DNA from: Octopus sinensis | Lineage: Eukaryota | Assembly: GCF_006345805.1 (NCBI RefSeq) | Contig: NC_042999.1 | Location: 148,552,001-148,616,000 of the forward strand | Reading direction: 5' to 3' | Length of the DNA stretch: 64,000 nucleotides | Shown here: positions 40,700-53,949 of the stretch, in pieces | Layout: each line of letters begins with the position of its first letter | Position numbering within the stretch: position 1 is the stretch's first letter | Position numbers and translations under genes: made by a program | Notes under the pieces: generated by a model | What the model was told of the DNA's origin: nothing | Seen by the model: the letters and a program-made list of their open reading frames with translations, nothing else | The model's database searches: none

Positions 40700-41280
40700 A
40701 ATATTAAAAAATGCTCCAGGCTGCATAATGCTTTAACTTGTTTGAACTGAAATCTGTTTTTTGCTGACACAAGAGGCCAAGCAAAGCAAGTCCATCATGA
40801 AGCAAGCAGCAAGGGCATCATCTACATCCACTAGGATCCCTCTGACTAGACAACCAAGAAAGAGTACTTTGTGGGGGTTTTGAGGGAGTTCAGGAACAGA
40901 TTTTCATTGCAAAAAGCCAGAGCCCTTCCACTTGGCCCAGTGGCAACTGTACCAGGACGACACACCAATCCACAATTCCATTCTTGTAACCAACTACTTG
41001 ACAGAAATGGGCATCAAAACTATCTCTCACCTTTCCTACAATCAAGACTTTGTTCCCTGTGACTTTTTCTCCCAACAGAAGAAGTTGAAGAAGGTTATGA
41101 CAAGGGTTCAAGACACTTTCACTTTGGAGTACTTTCATGGAGCCTCCACAAAGTGGCAGGAGTGCCACAGCAAGTGTACTGAAATCAGAGGATCCCACTT
41201 TGAAAAAGATTAGAATTTTGTACTGCTTTAAAATTAATAAATGTCTCCTGAAAATGTATCAAAATTTCTGGAATGCACTA
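40700..41280 (+). mobile_element. Mariner transposase relic (3' half)
   Basis: QWQLYQDDTPIHNSILVTNYLTEMGIKTISHLSYNQDFVPCDF...KWQECHSKCTEIRGSHFE corresponds to mariner HQDNAP.H...PPYSPDLAPCDF...RY.KC....G.YFE. Confidence 0.88.
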
Positions 41281-41825
41281 TATATATATGTATATCATCA
41301 TCATTTAACATTTGCTTTCTATACCAGCATGGGTTGGACGATTTGATTGAGAACTGGCAAACCAGATGGCTGCAACAGGCTCCAATCTGATCTGGCAGAG
41401 TTTCTACAGATGGATGCCCTTCCTAACGCCAACCACTCTGAGAGTGTAGTGGGTGCTTTTACGTGCCACCAATATGAGGGCCAGTCAGGCGGTACTGGCA
41501 ACAGCCACGCTCAAATGGTGCTTTTTACGTGCCACCTGCACAGGAGCCAGTCCAGCAGCACTGGCAATGACCTCGCTCGAATGCTTTTTCCCGTGCTATG
41601 GGCACAAGTGCCAGTAAGGCAATGCTGGCAACAATCACACTCGAATGGTGCGTTTTACATGCCACCGGCATGGATTTACATATATATATATATATATACT
41701 GCTTGAGCATTGTGAGACTAATAACCTGTGTAGGACCCAATATACATGTGACTCTGAGCAAAGTGTAAGTTGAGTATAGAGCAGTAACAAGAAAAGAGAT
41801 GACAAAGGAAGAAATGATTATGTAC

Positions 41826-41857
<32 letters not shown>

Positions 41858-41865
41858 ATATATAT

Positions 41866-41920
<55 letters not shown>

Positions 41921-42645
41921 TAGTGAAACAGGTAGACTATTATAATATTCTATCCTTTAAAATATATTAAAAATATGTAAATTGTATGCAATTCCTTCTT
42001 TTATTATATATTTTTTCACTAAAACTCACCATGTGGGAAAAATCTCTTCAACAACACTCTTTTGTACTATTATATATGTTTATGTATGTATAATTTGATC
42101 CCTGGAAACACATTAAATAATGATGTGTGTGTATACAAAGTCTATGTAGAGAGCATAATAATCGTATTTGAGACCAGAGAAATAATCTATATAAATATAT
42201 ATTTCAGTGGAATGAATTGTAAACAAATCAATTCATACATATTTGCATTAAATGCACATTTTTTTTTATTTTTCAGCCAGCTCTATATACCTCCAACTGT
42301 ATGATTTAAATTAGATATCTAAAATTCAAAAGTACTTTTGATGTTAGGCTCTTATTTAACCCCAGAGAATATTCATTCCTATAAAAGTAATGAAATTTAG
42401 TATTTGATAGAAACACCTCATGTTTTGCTTTACACCAGCTATGAGCGTATACAAACAAAGTTTATTCAAGCAAACAACTCTCTTGCAGTGCTGACTGATG
42501 AAGTGAATAAACGTGCATCTAGTTTTACAAGTGTTTATGTTGCAGAAACATAATTATGTCTTGGGTGATAAAAACATTTGTATTTTCTATTTTCTATGTA
42601 TGACTTGATTTCTGTTCAGTTCAGTCGATCTATAATTAATTTACT

Positions 42646-42844
42646 CTTACTTTTTTTTACTTGTTTCAGTCATGCAACAGTGGCCATGCTGGAGCACCGC
42701 CTTTAGTTGAGCAAATCGACCCCAGGACTTATTCTTTGTAAGCTTAGTACTTATTCTATCGGTCTCTTTTGCCGAACCGCTAAGTTACGGGGACGTAAAC
42801 ACACTATCATCGGTTGTCAAGCGATGTTGGGGGGACATACACAA

Positions 42845-42911
<67 letters not shown>

Positions 42912-43078
42912 TATATATACGACAGGCTTCTTTCAGTTTCCGTCTACTAAATCCACTCACAAGGCTTTGGTTGGCCCGAGGCTATAGTAGAAGACACTTG
43001 CCCAAGGTGCGACGCAGTGGGACTGAACCCGGAACTATGTGGTTGGTAAGCAAGCTACTTACCACACAGCCACTCCTA
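42646..43078 (-). mobile_element. Full-length young CORE-type SINE
   Basis: CpGs largely intact; source of ORF 42707..43231. Confidence 0.93.
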
Positions 43079-44066
43079 AAATTATATATTTTAGAAATAA
43101 GAAGCGGGGGTGGGGGGCTTGCAAAAATGTATTTGCATTTTGGTGGTGGGAGGGTTTTAACTTGTAGTTCACATCCTGATCATTCCTTCACTCACCCACC
43201 AAATTCTCTGGATAAGTCATTCATGAAATAATAGCGTAAATATGATTTCATAAGTAAGCTGATCATTGTTGCTGCAGGTGTAACCTACATCAAAGGAAGA
43301 AATAGAGACAATGTGTTGCGTGTGCATGTATGTGGCTTTATATATGTGTAGTGTGCTTGCTACAACCTGAATCTCTATTTGTAAGTAAATGAATCTCAGT
43401 TTCTGCAATGAATATTCAGCTGTCAGATCAAAAGACCTACCTACTTACAGAATTAGAATGTAAGTGGGTTTCACATATAATAAATGTATCCCTAATTTAA
43501 ATTCTCAGGCAGAATCAGCACGACAGTGTGTGACAAGGGCAGGCCTTTAAATTACAGGTACATATTAACATGGCTTGGCTCAACCTGAGACCAAGCTAAG
43601 TTAAAATTTGTCCAGCATGATTGACATGCAGTAGGATCAAGCCTGGGCGCTCAAGATACTGAACTGGACATTTTGACCATTCATCAATACTGCACACGCA
43701 CAAACACACACATATAAACACATAAATACACGTGTATAAACACATATATACATATAAGTATACACACACACACACACATGCAATAAATTTCATATTTTAA
43801 TATACAGAACATTAAGCTGGCATTACAAATGACAGAGTCATTGATACTTTAATCGTAATAAAGCATGTTCCATCCCTTTCAGCTGTAGGAAAAGTTTTAA
43901 AAATAACTTGCAGATGAATAGACAGACACATTATTTACTGACTAACTCACTATATTATTTATTTTAGACTAACTCAACAAGTTTTGGTGGGGTACAGCAG
44001 GGACCAATTACGATCATCATACTTGCTAGCATCACTGGGTTGATGTTCTTTTCTGCATGGTGAACT

Positions 44067-44099
<33 letters not shown>

Positions 44100-45329
44100 C
44101 AAGAGCATGAGTTTTCTTCTTTATACATTTAATTTCATTATTCACTATGCTACAACTATTCAAAAAAAAAAATCTAAACATATTTACTCATCATTACCAT
44201 TATGTTTTAATATGTACAAAGATAGGCATGACGATGATGATGATGATGAAATAACTGATTGCTCTGCTGGTGCTTTCACGCTCCAAAGTTAATAATTTAG
44301 TCACTGTACATTGTTACTGTAGTGTAGTGTTTGTTTCAAAGAGCTACAAAAACCTAGAGAATGATAAATACAACAAACTATTGAGTCACTCACCAGCAGT
44401 ATTAACTGCTGTTTCTTTTAGATGCCCAACTCACTAAGAATTCAAAAGGAAGGACGTGGGTGGGTAAAGTGATGTGGAGGGAGAGAACATAATTATAATA
44501 CACGTAAAATATAAAAAATAAATAAGTACAAACTAAATATTTTCTATAAAAACAAACATCATAAAAAACATTTGTAATCGCAAGCTTATTTTGTTTTCCT
44601 TTTTGCTCTTTTTTTTAAGTCCCAAATTTTCACCACATGCTTATGAACTATTAAAATACAAAGCATTCTTAGTATTTCCCAAGAATTAGAATGTTGTATA
44701 TTACATCTTTATTTTTTTCTTTCTCAGATGAAATATTTATGTAATATTTAGTCTGTAGTTTTTCAAATTCCGAGGATATATAGAGAGAAGGTGGTAGCAT
44801 AGCTGTGAATCCAGCAACAGAGAAAAACATTTTCACTGGCTAAGGTGACAGTCTATTGCAGGTAACTTTCCTCAGAAGAGTCTTGTACCCATCTTTCTTA
44901 GTTGCAAGAACCAAAGCATAATAGAATTGAATTTAATGTCCCTGACAAAAACATGACACAACACCCACAGTGAATCTGAACTCATAAAAAAACTTGAGCT
45001 GCCAATCCAGTCCCTTAACAACACAGCTATTTTGACTTATGCATATGTCTATATGTACTATATATATACATATATATATATACATATATGTAGTGTGCGG
45101 GTGTCAAGGGATGGGTAGTTCCTATGCTCTGTGTTGTGAGAGAAAAAACATGGGTAGGATGTTGCTAGCCCTTTATTACATGTTACAACCTTCAATATTT
45201 GGTAATTAATGACGACACGCTATAAATACAATCCATAGATGCAACTTATAACCAAAGCTAGATACCACCTTGAACAGAGACAAGCTCGTTATATTACATT
45301 ACAGCCCTTCTCAGACTGCACAGACCCTT

Positions 45330-46610
45330 AGGGATCCTATGAACACTACCAGGACTAGAGAAGAAATATCAGGTGTGGAAGCAAGGTCTAGAATTGAAGG
45401 GCCTTAGAGTCAATCTAGCAAAACCAAAGTCTTAGAAAATAAGAAGGCAGACAAATAACAAAATCTCTTCAGGTAGGTGACCCTGCTCGATCTGTAGAAA
45501 AGGTGTAGTTAGAAACTCCATAAGATGTACCCAGTGTAAGCTATGGACACATAAGAGGTGCAGCAATTTAGAAGGAAGGTTAACAGGAAAGATAATTTTT
45601 GTTTGTATGTGACAGATGCACAGGGGCAATAAACACCAAAGATGTACAGAAAGCAGATACCATCACATGCCAGTGGGAAAAACTAGAAGGAGTTCATAGC
45701 TCCCGTTACCTTAGTGACCAAGTCAGTAGCAAAGGTGGATGCTCTGAGGGCATATAGCTGCTAGAATAAGAATAACCTGGGTAAAGTTCAGAGAGCTCTT
45801 ACCTCTGCTGGTAACAAAGGGCCTCTCACTCAGAGTGAAAGGTAGATTGTATGATACATGTGTGCGAACAGCAGTGAAACATGGGCTGTGACTACTGAGG
45901 ACATACCGTAGGCTTGAGAAAAATGAAGCTAGTATGCTCCACTGGATGTGTAATATCAGTGTGCATACACGACAGAGTGTAAGTACCCTGAGAGGAAAGT
46001 TGGTGCAAGAGAGATAATTACGCTGGTATGGTCATGTATTGTGTATGGATGAGGGCAGCTGTGTGAAGAAGTGTCACACTCTAACAGTGGAGGGAACTTG
46101 TGGAAGAGGTAGACCTAGGAAGACATGAGATGAGGTGGTGAACTTCGACCTTCGAATGTTGGGCTTCACAGAAGCAGTAATAAGCAACTGAAACCTTTGG
46201 AGACATGCTGTGCTTGAGAAGTTCTGGCAAGCCAAGTGAGATTGTAGCCATGACCAGTGTCGCCAAACTGGACCATTTAAAAGTACCCTTCAATTGTCAG
46301 GTAATATGCTGTGCTTGAGAAGACTTTTGAGTGAGTGTGTGTAGTCATGGCTGATGCCAGTGCCGTGCTGCCTGACTGGCACCCATACCAGTGGCATGTA
46401 AAAAGCACCATTCAAACGTGGAAGACTCCCATGCCAGTGGCATGTAAAAAAGCACCCACTACACTCACAGAGTGGTTGGGGTTAGGAAGGGCATCCAGCT
46501 GTAGAAACCTTGCCAGATCAGATTGGTGCAACTGCCTGGCTTGGCAGTCCTCAGTCAAACCATTCAACCTATGCCAGCATGGAAAGCGCACGTTAAATGA
46601 TGATGATGAT
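45330..46610 (+). mobile_element. RTE-clade LINE, 5'-truncated and degenerate, with contiguous 3' UTR and (GAT)n tail
   Basis: Frameshifted peptides WKQGLELKGLRVNL, NSIRCTQCKLWTHKRCS, FRELLPLLVTKGLSLRVKGRLYD, LRWYGHV and GTCGRGRPRKT, running straight into the abundant ggaagggcatccagctgtagaaac...gatgatgat repeat. Confidence 0.92.
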
Positions 46611-46959
46611 ATGAATACTAGCGTTACCGAGATGAACTGTTGTGATCTGCATCCAATTGCACAACAAACACTCACTGCAGAGGACGTTCAAAACCACAAT
46701 GGCGAAATGTACACAGGGAACAAATAATATAAACTACTTGTATTTATCATACTTTTCCCTATATTTGCTCCATATATCATAACCGGTAATACAAATAAGT
46801 AAAGTAGTAACCACACCATTTTACTAGAAGTAGACTGGATGATGATACACTATGTGAAGCTTTAAATTCACCAGCAGCAGTGATACACCTAACTGTACAC
46901 ACAGGAATTACTACGTATCATCTGCGCCAACAGTGACTTCGATGTGTCAGTCAGCTCAG

Positions 46960-47462
46960 CCATCATTGGGCTGACCCGACAAATAATATGAGTTCATGGC
47001 ACCAGTTTCGCATAGCCCCAGCCCATCCAAAGTACCTTGGATTGCAGAACGACCTGCTGTGCTTGAGGAGACCTATTGAGTCAAGTACATCGACATCAAA
47101 ATAAATATCAAATGGAAATTGTAGATGTGATACCTGTGCCAGTGGCACGTAAAAAGCACCATCCGAACGTGGCCGATGCCAGCATCGCCTTGACTGCCTT
47201 CTGTGCCATTGGCACATAAAAAGTACCAACCAATCGTAGCCACTGCCAGCCTTTCCTGGCACCTGTTCTGGTGGCATGTAAAAAGCACTCACTACATTCA
47301 TGGAGTGGTTGGCGTTAGGAAGGGCATCCAGCTGTAGAAACTCTGCCAGATAAGATTGGAGCCTGGTGCAGCCACCTGGCTTCCCAAACCCTGGTTGAAC
47401 CAGCCAACCCATGCTAGCATGGAAAATGGACATTAAACAATGATGATGATGATGATGATGAT
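46960..47462 (+). mobile_element. RTE LINE 3' UTR copy with three hairpin modules
   Basis: gtgcc-ngt-ggcac-gtaaaaagcacc occurs three times, followed by the common 3' end. Confidence 0.85.
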
Positions 47463-47474
47463 AGTCTTTGTTAA

Positions 47475-47960
47475 GTTAAAATTTTCAGTGGTAAGCTGAG
47501 TTCTGTTGAATGATAATTAGGCTGTATGGTAGGTTGTGATAGCTGATGTGCTGTTGTTTAGAATTTATTCATGCATGGAGAACATTGTAGTCAGGTGTGT
47601 ATAATTAGGTGTGTCATCTTCAGGTCATCCAGGTTAAAAAAATGCAGTTAAGTTGTTGGTCAGCAGATATGTCACTCAGTTGTTGTTGTTTGTTTATTTA
47701 TTTGCATATTAATGAGATATTTAACCTTACCTTACAACCTAATCATCATCCAACAGAACTCAGCTTACCCTAGAAAGTTTTAACTTAACAGAGACTATAT
47801 TAAAGCCAAAATGAACTCAAATCCATCACAGTCCGATGATGGCTTACCTGACCAAAACTTTGAAGTTACTGTCAATACTATTCTTGTTAAAGAATAATAA
47901 ATGTGTACTCTACCAAATGTATTGAGCGGTCCTTCAATTTACTGTAAAACTGTTTTTATT
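47475..47960. mobile_element. Penelope-like relic: ~60-bp inverted repeats plus hammerhead-like motif
   Basis: 47475-47535 is the reverse complement of 47723-47785; hammerhead-like fold at 47828-47872. Confidence 0.5.
47828..47872 (+). ncRNA. Degenerate minimal type-I hammerhead ribozyme motif
   Basis: Stem I acagt/actgt; core CCGATGA; stem II gg/cc; (G>A)AAA; stem III actt/aagt; GUU cleavage triplet. Confidence 0.45.
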
Positions 47961-47983
47961 ATAACATAAAAACAAAAATTAAT

Positions 47984-48023
<40 letters not shown>

Positions 48024-48311
48024 GTCTGCATTGACATCATAAGAAGTTTATGAGAGAACATGAAATATATATATATATTTTTTTTTTCAGAATACTATCT
48101 TCAAAGCACCCACAGAGACCAAAGAAGTCAAACGTTGCCAGTGGGACTTGAGCTCAGATCTCTAGGCGTTCTTCCATTGATTGGACCAAAGCAATCATTT
48201 AAATTTCTCTATCCAGTTTAGAAACTTTATTCTTACCAGCAAGAATTGTAATTTATGTCTTAAGAACTTCATAAACTTTCAAGAAAATGTGAGATTGTTC
48301 TTTTTTGAAAT

Positions 48312-48516
48312 AGTACAGGCACAAAGCTATAAATAATATAAAGTAAAATGGCTAGAGAAATTTGAAGGGTTGTTTTGGCCTGATGGCAGAACACCTATCA
48401 CATCTACAGAAGATGTGGGTTCAAGTCCCAGAGGCAGCCTTCAACTTTTTCTATCCAAAAGGATTTTTTCATCCCAATATTTACATACTATTGTTTATAG
48501 CTTCATGTGTGTACTT
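48312..48516 (+). mobile_element. tRNA-like cloverleaf (48369-48438) enclosed by inverted repeats
   Basis: Acceptor stem gttgttt/aggcagc, A-box tggcctgatgg, B-box ggttcaagtcc; flanks are mutual reverse complements; a second, inverted copy lies at ~48130-48215. Confidence 0.55.
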
Positions 48517-49044
48517 TGAGATATATTATTACTAAAAAGAATTTGTGTGTGTGTGTGTGTGTAAGAGTATGAAAAAACAGAGGTGATACAATCATCACTC
48601 TTGTTTTAACATCCATTTTTCCATGCTTCTATGGGTCATAGAAAATTTGTTGGGGCAGATATTTCCTTGGCTTGGAGACAGGTGAGGATAGGTGACAGAA
48701 ATGGAGCATTCAACTACAGGACATCTGCTTCAATGAATTTCATTTGATCCAAGCAAGCATAGAAAAGTGGATGCTAAAATGAAAAATATGATGATGACAA
48801 TGATGATGATATGTGTAGGTATACATGTGATGGCTGTAAACAAACATCACTGTCATACAAGGTGTGGCTCATTTCCAGCTTTCCATGAAAAACATCTGAT
48901 CATGAGAAAAATATCACCTTGCTTGGAAACAAGTACGGTTTGGTGACTGGAAAAGCATCCAGCTGTAGAAAATCTACCTCAATAAATTCCTCCTGACCCA
49001 TGTAAACATGGCAAGGTTAATGTGAATAGGTGATGATGTATCTT

Positions 49045-49442
49045 ACTTTTAGTTGTTTCAGTTATTAGACTGGGGCACTTGCCTTGGAGAATTTTTAGTT
49101 TTATGAATTGATCCCAGTACTTATTTTAAGCCAGGTACTTATCCTGTCAGTCTCTTTTGCCAAACTGTTAAGTTATGGGACATAAAGACACCAACACCAG
49201 TTGTCAAGTGGTGGTGGTAATAGGCAAGCACACACAAACACACACAGAATCTTCTTTCAGTTTCTTATTTCTTTATTGCCCACAAGGGGCAAAACAGAGG
49301 GGACAAACAAGGACAGACAAAGGGATTAAGCCAATTACATTTACCCCAGTGTGTAACTGGTACTTAATTTGTTGACCCTGAAAGGATGAAAGGCAAAGTT
49401 GACCTCAGTTGAATTTGAATTGAGAACATAACGGCAGACGTT

Positions 49443-49473
<31 letters not shown>

Positions 49474-49660
49474 CTCATAGCGTGCTAACATTTCTGCCAG
49501 CTTACCACCTTCTCTCAGTTTCTGCCTACCAAATCCACTCACAGGGTTTTGTTTGGCCCAAGGCTAAAGCAGAAGACACCCAAGGTGCCACGCAGTTGGA
49601 CTGAACCCGGAACCAAGTGGTTGGGGAGCAAGCTTCTTACCACACTGCCATGTTTGCACC
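49045..49660 (-). mobile_element. CORE-type SINE with nested Nin/Deu SINE (49266-49514)
   Basis: Target-site duplication tcagtttct at 49257-49265 and 49515-49523. Confidence 0.85.
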
Positions 49661-50057
49661 CGCAAAAACATTATTCTTACAAGAAGAATTTTGATGAAAT
49701 TGAAAGATGTCTACCATAAAAAATTAAAACTAGGCTGATGAAATTGTTTAAATGATGTTATCATATTTGGTAACAAGGCTAAGTAGCTACTGAATAGAAT
49801 TGACCCTTAGAAAATAGCGGAACAAAATTAAAATAATCTTGTGCATTGAGAATGGTTTGCTATTGTTTCTACAAAGTTTATTTCTTTAAATGATATTTTA
49901 AACTGGAAAGATAAACAATATAGCTTGGAGAGGGTGGAGGAGAGAGAGCTCTTAGAATATTACCACTCTTTGCTTATGAGGCAGATGCAAAAAAAAAGTG
50001 AGGGGAGGAGAGATGGATGGATAAGAGGAAAAAGAGGGGGGGAATGATGACTGAATA

Positions 50058-50119
<62 letters not shown>

Positions 50120-53100
50120 TGTATACAGTGTATATGTAAATGTATAAATTATATATATGGGATAAAGAGAAAGAAAAGATAATTAGAGAGAAGGAGACAG
50201 AGGTGCAGAGATGTGAAAAAGAAAAGGAATAGATGGAGAGAGAAAAGACAGATATAAAGACTATGAGAGAGAAAGACAGAGAGGACAAGGAACTTCTTAA
50301 AATATATTCAAACTTTACTGTATTATTATCAGACATGTGAGGTGTTGCTCAGTTGAGTTCTCAGGCGTTTTTTGTTTAATGTTTTATCGTGAGGTGTAGT
50401 GGTGTAGCAGGGGAGCAGGGGAGAGAACAAGGGAACATTGATAGCAGTGTGGGTGAGTTCTGGGTGGGGATAGCAGAAAAGAAGAAGAACAACAACAACT
50501 ACTACTACTATTACTAACAACAACATGATGACGATGACGACAACGGTGATGATAAAGACATTACATTTAAAGATATAAAATCTGGTCCGCCTCTCATTAT
50601 GAAATCGTTTTTTAATTGCAAAAAAATTATTTCCTTGATAAAAAATTAAGCATTGTTGCTGTTATAAAGAAAAAGAATCACAAGAGAGAGAGAGAGATAG
50701 AGAGGGGGGGAGAGAGAGGGGGGAGACAGAGAAAGGAATGGTAGGTGGTTGGGTAATCACTTTTCTTTTTCAGCTCAATGTCACTAGAACGGATGTAGAA
50801 GGAAATCGTTGACTACACCCCTTTAATAAAGACAGTTAAGTGTCATGTTTGTTGCTGTCATCGTCATCATATCCACAATTTCATTCTCCTCTTCCTGTTC
50901 CTCTCCACTTCTCATTCACCCCTTCCTTTTTTCCTTCCCTCTGAAAATAAACACAACCTGAGAAATCACCCAATTATTTGTTTGAATCTCAAATACTTCA
51001 AATTTTCCAGTGGCTTAATGCAGTAATTCCCAACCGGTTTCATGCTAGATAATTTTCCCAAGGATCCAAGGACTGAGGGATATTGCACATAACGAAACAA
51101 ATACACAATATACAATTCAATTATTACATATATAATGCAAAAATACCCGGCAGATTGTGATAGTCAATAAAACAGAAATAAAATTTATTCTTTCTGTGCA
51201 GTCCAAGACAAAATGACCGTCTCAATGATTGGGAATAATCCTTTCTTATTTTTGCACAAGGCCAGCAACTGGTTCTAAGTTTATTGACCTCAAAAGGATG
51301 AAAGGTAAAGACAACCTCAACAGAATTTGAACCAGTGTTGGTTTGTTTACATCCCAATAACTTAGCTGTTACTATGAGACCAATAGAATAAGTACCAGAC
51401 TAAAACAAAAAAAAGTAAAAGAAAAACACAATATTTGAGCTGACGAAGATGCTGACCTGCCAGAAACAGTAGCTAAATCACCTTAAAATCACATAGTTAT
51501 GGCCATCTTAAAAAAAAAAAAAAAGAACACAATGGATAATGTAGTCCAAGATAAATTATGTAAAAAGAAAATAGGATGGCCAAAGTTGAAATACCTTTCA
51601 TCATAGAGCCTGCTTGATCAAAGTTGAGCTGAGATTAAAACTGGAACAAGACAAATATTGAAACCAAAATTTTAAATAACAGAGCAATGTCTATTCTGCC
51701 ACCCTACTCCATCACCACATTTCTCTTTAACACATAAATCTTGGTATTCTAGTGGTACACCGTGAAATAATTTGATGCTACCCAGCTCCTCCATCATTCT
51801 CAATCGCTATGTCAAACATGCCGACCACAAGAATGAATGAATGAATGCATTTTATTTCGTTCACTTTGCCACGAAGGAATGTTATTACTCCTTCACTCTC
51901 CTTTATATCCCATACATGTGAGATATTAATTCAAGATAATACTTGTTCTGTTGACAACAAAATCTGGCTGTGAATCCAACACAAGTTTGCAAAACATGTA
52001 TGATTAGAAGCTTAATGGGTGAATTGGGATAACCGATTATTTTCTACATAGGAGTTCTATGGAAAATAATTCTTTCTAATTTAGGCACAAGATATCATCA
52101 ATTCCAATATGAAACTGGCATCTTTATTTTATCGACTCCAAAAAGCGGATGAAGGGCAAAGTTGATCTCAGCAGAATTTGAACCAAGAACCTAAGTGAAA
52201 ACAAATACCACAAGGCATTTTATCAGGCGCTGTGACAATTCTACCAAATGTACCACTCTGAATAATAATATTCTTTCTACGATAGGCACAAAGCCTGATT
52301 TTTTGGTGAGAAAAGCTAGTAGATTACATCAACCACAGTATGTAACTGGTACTTAATTTATCGCCCTGAAAGGATGAAAGGCAAAGTCAACTTTGGCAGA
52401 ATTTGAACTCAGAACATAGAAAGCCGGAAGAAATGCTGCTCAGCATTTCTTCAAATAATTCTGCTAGTGAATTGATTTGTCGTATTTCGTTTTTATTCAG
52501 CTTCTTACTCACAGAAGTCTTTTTACAAAATCTTATCAAGTGATCAAAAGTCACAGTGTGTCTTTCACTGAACCTTAAACCATTTTCAAAGAGTTTATTG
52601 TGTGGGTTCCATGACACAGCCGATTGTAGGAACGTGATTTAAACAGTTCATCTCCATGTTGTGTAAATAAAAGGCAACTATAGAGTAAATATAAGGCAAA
52701 AGTCAGCCTGGTGGAGTTAATGCTGTCAAACTCAGAACAGCAAACTAAGGAGCAGCTCGCTTGTCAATACACGTACCCCTGTCACTTACAGCAGAGAATT
52801 TTAACCAAGCCAATGTAACATAACAGCTAAGTGGATTGAAGATGACAAACAATGGTTCCTTTGGTTTCGAGTCCCACATTACTACTGGAACAGCTTTATG
52901 TGTGTGCTGTTATCAGTGCAATGGGTTATATATGTATTGTTCATAATTACATCTTACTGTACATTTTATGTTATGCAACATGCACTGCTAAGAGGTCATA
53001 AATATCATTTTAACGTCCACGTTTTCGTGATTGCATGGGTCAGACGGAATTCGCTGCGGCGGATTTTCGACGGCTGTTTCCAAGTAAGGTAATACTTCCT

Positions 53101-53579
53101 TAAGACCAGCTATGCTTTTACCGAAGATTGGAAACTAAAGACATTGCTTGCATGACGGTGACACTCATTTACGATTATCACATTATTACTAGACAACGAA
53201 AGAGTAACACACACAAACACACACGACGGGCTTCTTTCAGTTTCCGCTTACCAAATCCACTCACAAGGCTTTGGTCAGCTCAAAGCTATAATATAAGGTA
53301 TCACATAACGGGACACGAACCTATGTGGCTGGGAACGAACTGGTTTCGTGTTCAGTTGCAATTTGTGTGTGTGTGTGAGAGAGAGAGAGAGAGCACACAT
53401 ACACGCGACTGTAATACTCATAAAAATAACCGATATAGATAAAACAAAAATACAATGCTACAGTGTATTGCAGAATATATTTAAAGATGCGGGAATTTAC
53501 ATATGACAATAATACAGTGTTGGATAAGAATGTACAGATATACTTTGTCGCAGAGTTTAACATTGAAGCAAATCAATTT

Positions 53580-53882
53580 TGTTAATTGAACTAGTTGTCA
53601 AAGTGCGTGGTGCGCGCGCGCAAATTAGTTTATGGGTTTATAAATAATGCCTCGCTGGGCAGTTAAAGAGGGTATCAGAGAGTTTCTGAAATCTCCACAT
53701 AGCACTGAAACTAGTGATCTTTTTCTGTTCGTTAAGGCAGTGTATATACATAAACAAAATCTTTATATCTGTCTACACGGTTTTGTCTAAACACGCATTG
53801 ACGTGTTTCTGCGAAGACATATCAACATATAGACGAGTTGTCTGAACAGCTACAAATATATATATATATATATATTCTGCAG

Positions 53883-53949
<67 letters not shown>

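Noticed and set aside
42707-43231. Longest ORFs in the track (also 25555..26073, 46963..47433, 46335..46727, 40081..40497)
   Set aside because: They are translations of SINE or RTE 3' UTR sequence; the same peptides recur at many repeat copies.
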